From Fibrobacteria bacterium (lineage in GTDB: Bacteria > Fibrobacterota > Fibrobacteria > UBA11236): DNA of 64,000 bases. Where the stretch lies: the NCBI GenBank assembly GCA_017881725.1, contig JADGQO010000107.1, positions 8,456 through 72,455 of the forward strand. Reading direction: 5' to 3'. The notes beneath the pieces are model-generated. The model saw only the letters and a program-made list of their open reading frames with translations, was not told the origin of the DNA and did no database searches. Both the position numbers and the translations under genes were made by a program. This document shows, one piece after another, positions 61,448-64,000 of this stretch (the stretch's first letter is position 1; each line of letters starts with the position of its first letter).

Positions 61448-62545
61448 TCACGGCTCCTGAGTTTCATCGACTTGCCGCCCTTCCGAATCGCCTGATACCG
61501 CTGGGCCGGCCACGCCTGCTGCCGCGACCGGTCCCGCAGCCGCCGCAGATGCCAGTAATCCCGGCGCAATGGCCTGTAAGGCGGCTAACATTTCATGGGC
61601 ATTGGCGAACCGCTCCCCGCGCTTGGGCCGCAAGCTCTTGGCGATGAATTCGTTCCATGCGGGGGGAACCAACGGACTGTGGTCGGATGCCATGCCCGTA
61701 AACATGTCGGAGCTTTCCTTGGCGCGGGTTTGAAATATCCGCTCGGGACGCTCCACCTTAACGGGAAGGAATCCCAAGGTCAGTTCCAGCAGCACGCACC
61801 CGAAGGAAAACAAATCCGCCCGGCCGTCAACGGCGTCGCCGCGCGCTTGTTCCGGTGAAACATAGAGAGGAGATCCGAGAATGAAAGCTTTCTCTTCGGC
61901 GTACTCGGTGTGATACACCGCCGCCAAACCGAAATCGGCCACCATCAGCTTGCGGGTTTTTTCGATCCACATCAGGTTTTCCGGCTTGATGTCGCGATGG
62001 ATCACGCCCTCGTCATGCGCAAAGGCCAGCACTTCCAAAGTCTGCCGCGAGACGAGGATCAGTTCCTCCATGCTGGGTAGGCGTTTCCGCGTGAGGGGAT
62101 GTTTCTTTTTTTGTTTCAGCCACGCCGACAGGTTGATGCCGTCGATCAATTGCATCACGAAGTACATGAATTCCGGCTGCTCGCCGAAATCGAAAATGGT
62201 GATGATATTCGGGTGGAGCAGATTGGCGACCACCTCGGCTTCCTGCCTGAACCGCTCGGAGGTGAAAAGTTTGTTCAAACGGTTGCGGAAAACCACCTTG
62301 ACCGCAACGGGTCGGCTTAATGTATTTTGAAATCCACGGTAGACCACTCCCATGCTGCCCACGCCAATTTTCTGCAGGAGGGTAATCGCTCCCAAGGTGT
62401 GGCCCGTCAAATCCGGTAAGGCGCGCTGGGAATTCATAGGCCATTGAAGTATAGCATAGAACACCATGCCCTCCCCAAAGGGTTTTTCCAAACCATTTGG
62501 GGAAATCTCGACTCCGGAGAACCCGGTTCGGGAAAGGTTGGCCAT
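61448..62545 (-). CDS. Hanks-type Ser/Thr protein kinase (short, cytoplasmic)
   Basis: GVGSMGVVYRG, AVKV, HRDIKPENLMW, ADFGLA, SPLYVSPEQ. The alternative start ATG 62437 is also possible. Confidence 0.85.
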   Translation of the reverse strand: MANLSRTGFSGVEISPNGLEKPFGEGMVFYAILQWPMNSQRALPDLTGHTLGAITLLQKIGVGSMGVVYRGFQNTLSRPVAVKVVFRNRLNKLFTSERFRQEAEVVANLLHPNIITIFDFGEQPEFMYFVMQLIDGINLSAWLKQKKKHPLTRKRLPSMEELILVSRQTLEVLAFAHDEGVIHRDIKPENLMWIEKTRKLMVADFGLAAVYHTEYAEEKAFILGSPLYVSPEQARGDAVDGRADLFSFGCVLLELTLGFLPVKVERPERIFQTRAKESSDMFTGMASDHSPLVPPAWNEFIAKSLRPKRGERFANAHEMLAALQAIAPGLLASAAAAGPVAAAGVAGPAVSGDSEGRQVDETQEP

Positions 62546-62595
62546 GCTCGCAGGGTGGCACGAATTCCGATAAAAGGCTAAAATAAAAGGGTCAA

Positions 62596-64000
62596 ATGAA
62601 TCAGGACTCCAAAAATTTCACCCGGGCGGACGCCGAGGTTCTGGTTCGGCTATGGAACCTGTTTTATAACCGCACCGTCGCCTATTCGCCCGAACATCCC
62701 GCCGCCCAGGAAACCATTCCGAAGGTCTACGAAGCGTTGCAAAAATGCATCGGCCAGGATGATACCCTTTCGCTACTTTTTCAGGAATTCGGATTCTACA
62801 TCGGGCATGTGGATTTGGTTTATCAACCCAACAATCGGAAAATCGCCGACCACTTGCGTCGATTCGGGATCGAGTCGATAACCGTCTCAAAGCCGCTGTC
62901 TTTCGCATCTTTCGCGCGTTTTATGGAAGCCAGTTCCCTGACGCACGCCGATCCCCAGCGTTTTTTAGCGTACTTGGCGCATCACGGAGCCGTCAACTTC
63001 AATGTGAACAACGTGACCCTGCAAACCGTACACGACGGCGAATCCGTCGTTACGCAAGGTTCACGCAGCGCGGTTTCGCCCAGGGACGGCGACGCTCCGA
63101 GCCATGGCGGCGGCGACGGAAAGCGTGAACGCAGCGCCTTCGACGATGCGGCTATGCGCGTGGTGCTCGGTCATTTGACCGCGCAGGAAATGAACGCCAA
63201 CCTCAGTCTGCTGAAAGTCCTGGAATCGCCGTCGGCCCTGCCGGAAGCCATCATCAAGGCTTCGACGGCAAACCCCGGCCAGGAAGCCCAGGCGCTACGG
63301 CAAAGCCTTCTCAACGTCGTGGGCGCATTCCGCGCTGAGGCCGGTCAGAATGTCCCCATCGAAGATTTGCTGGCGGGCATGTACAACATGCGATCGGAAT
63401 TGCTGAAGGCCGTGAAGGCCCAGCAGGGATTGGCACAGCAACTCTCGCCTTCCGGACCCGGCCGTCCCGGCACAGTGGGCTCTGCGGGTACAATCGGCGC
63501 GGGCGGCATGGCGGAAGCGGCCGACGATATTTTCGTGCAAACCGCCTGCCAACTGGTTTTCGCGGAATACCAAAAGTGCAAGGGCAACCCCAAGCGCATG
63601 GCCCAGGTCATCCAGCGCATCGTGCCCGATCGCGTGCATTTACAGCGCGTCTTGGGTCTTTTCCGGGCCGAATTGGTCAAGCACGGAATCCCTTTGATTG
63701 AATTCTTCAACCTGTTGGCGGAATTGAATTCCATACTCGGCGCAAACCAGAGTTACCAGGAATTCCTCAGCGCCGGGCAAAGCCTGGGCATCAGCCATGA
63801 AGAATTGCTCCGTGAGTTGCAGGAAAATCCTAAGCAGGCCGCGCAGCTTATTGTCCTGGCCAGCGAAGCGCGCAAATTGAACCGCGACGGCACCGGAGAG
63901 GAAATGATCCAATCCCTGGTCGATTACGTGGAGCGCACCGGCGACGCTATCAGCGGACGCATCGAGGCCAACCCCAAGGAGGCGGTCCGACTCAGCAATA
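62596..64000 (+). CDS. Large hypothetical protein, 5' part only (runs off the right edge)
   Basis: Not in the ORF track because it has no stop in the window. ATG 62596, frame open for 468 codons to 64000, codon usage like neighbours. MNQDSKNFTRADAEVLVRLWNLFYNRTVAYSPEHP... Confidence 0.7.
   Translation, partial: MNQDSKNFTRADAEVLVRLWNLFYNRTVAYSPEHPAAQETIPKVYEALQKCIGQDDTLSLLFQEFGFYIGHVDLVYQPNNRKIADHLRRFGIESITVSKPLSFASFARFMEASSLTHADPQRFLAYLAHHGAVNFNVNNVTLQTVHDGESVVTQGSRSAVSPRDGDAPSHGGGDGKRERSAFDDAAMRVVLGHLTAQEMNANLSLLKVLESPSALPEAIIKASTANPGQEAQALRQSLLNVVGAFRAEAGQNVPIEDLLAGMYNMRSELLKAVKAQQGLAQQLSPSGPGRPGTVGSAGTIGAGGMAEAADDIFVQTACQLVFAEYQKCKGNPKRMAQVIQRIVPDRVHLQRVLGLFRAELVKHGIPLIEFFNLLAELNSILGANQSYQEFLSAGQSLGISHEELLRELQENPKQAAQLIVLASEARKLNRDGTGEEMIQSLVDYVERTGDAISGRIEANPKEAVRLSN

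Overview
64-kb chromosomal segment from a moderately GC-rich diderm bacterium. Diderm is inferred from lipobox lipoproteins, a Wzi-like outer-membrane protein and System II cytochrome c maturation genes. I count about 45 tightly packed protein-coding genes, mostly housekeeping. These include a VLCAD-like acyl-CoA dehydrogenase, RarA, class Ia ribonucleotide reductase nrdAB with tandem NrdR boxes, glutamate synthase gltBD, cysG, metG, map, a DEAD-box helicase and resB/ccsA. Interspersed are envelope and polysaccharide genes: a Wzi-like protein, two GT2 glycosyltransferases, an epimerase, an AlgX/AlgJ-like acetyltransferase and a GT-C-like membrane protein. Also present are two Hanks-type Ser/Thr kinases, a penicillin-acylase-family hydrolase, a U32 peptidase, an SPFH protein and several AT-richer orphan ORFs. 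I saw no rRNA, tRNA, CRISPR array, transposase, integrase or phage genes, and no canonical defence island. I found no convincing multi-gene novel system. The candidates most worth a second look are: (1) a consensus-promoter to strong-terminator unit of about 240 nt with riboswitch-like alternative pairings upstream of an EamA transporter; (2) a nested-helix element with a cUUCGg tetraloop in the roughly 400-nt leader of a processive GT2 synthase; (3) a DUF4062-TM-Sel1 protein; (4) a RarA fused to a methyltransferase-like C-terminal domain; (5) an SPFH operon lacking NfeD; (6) a tandem CCCH zinc-motif protein. All function calls come from reading motifs by eye, with no database search. Many long antisense ORFs in the track are shadow ORFs of real genes.
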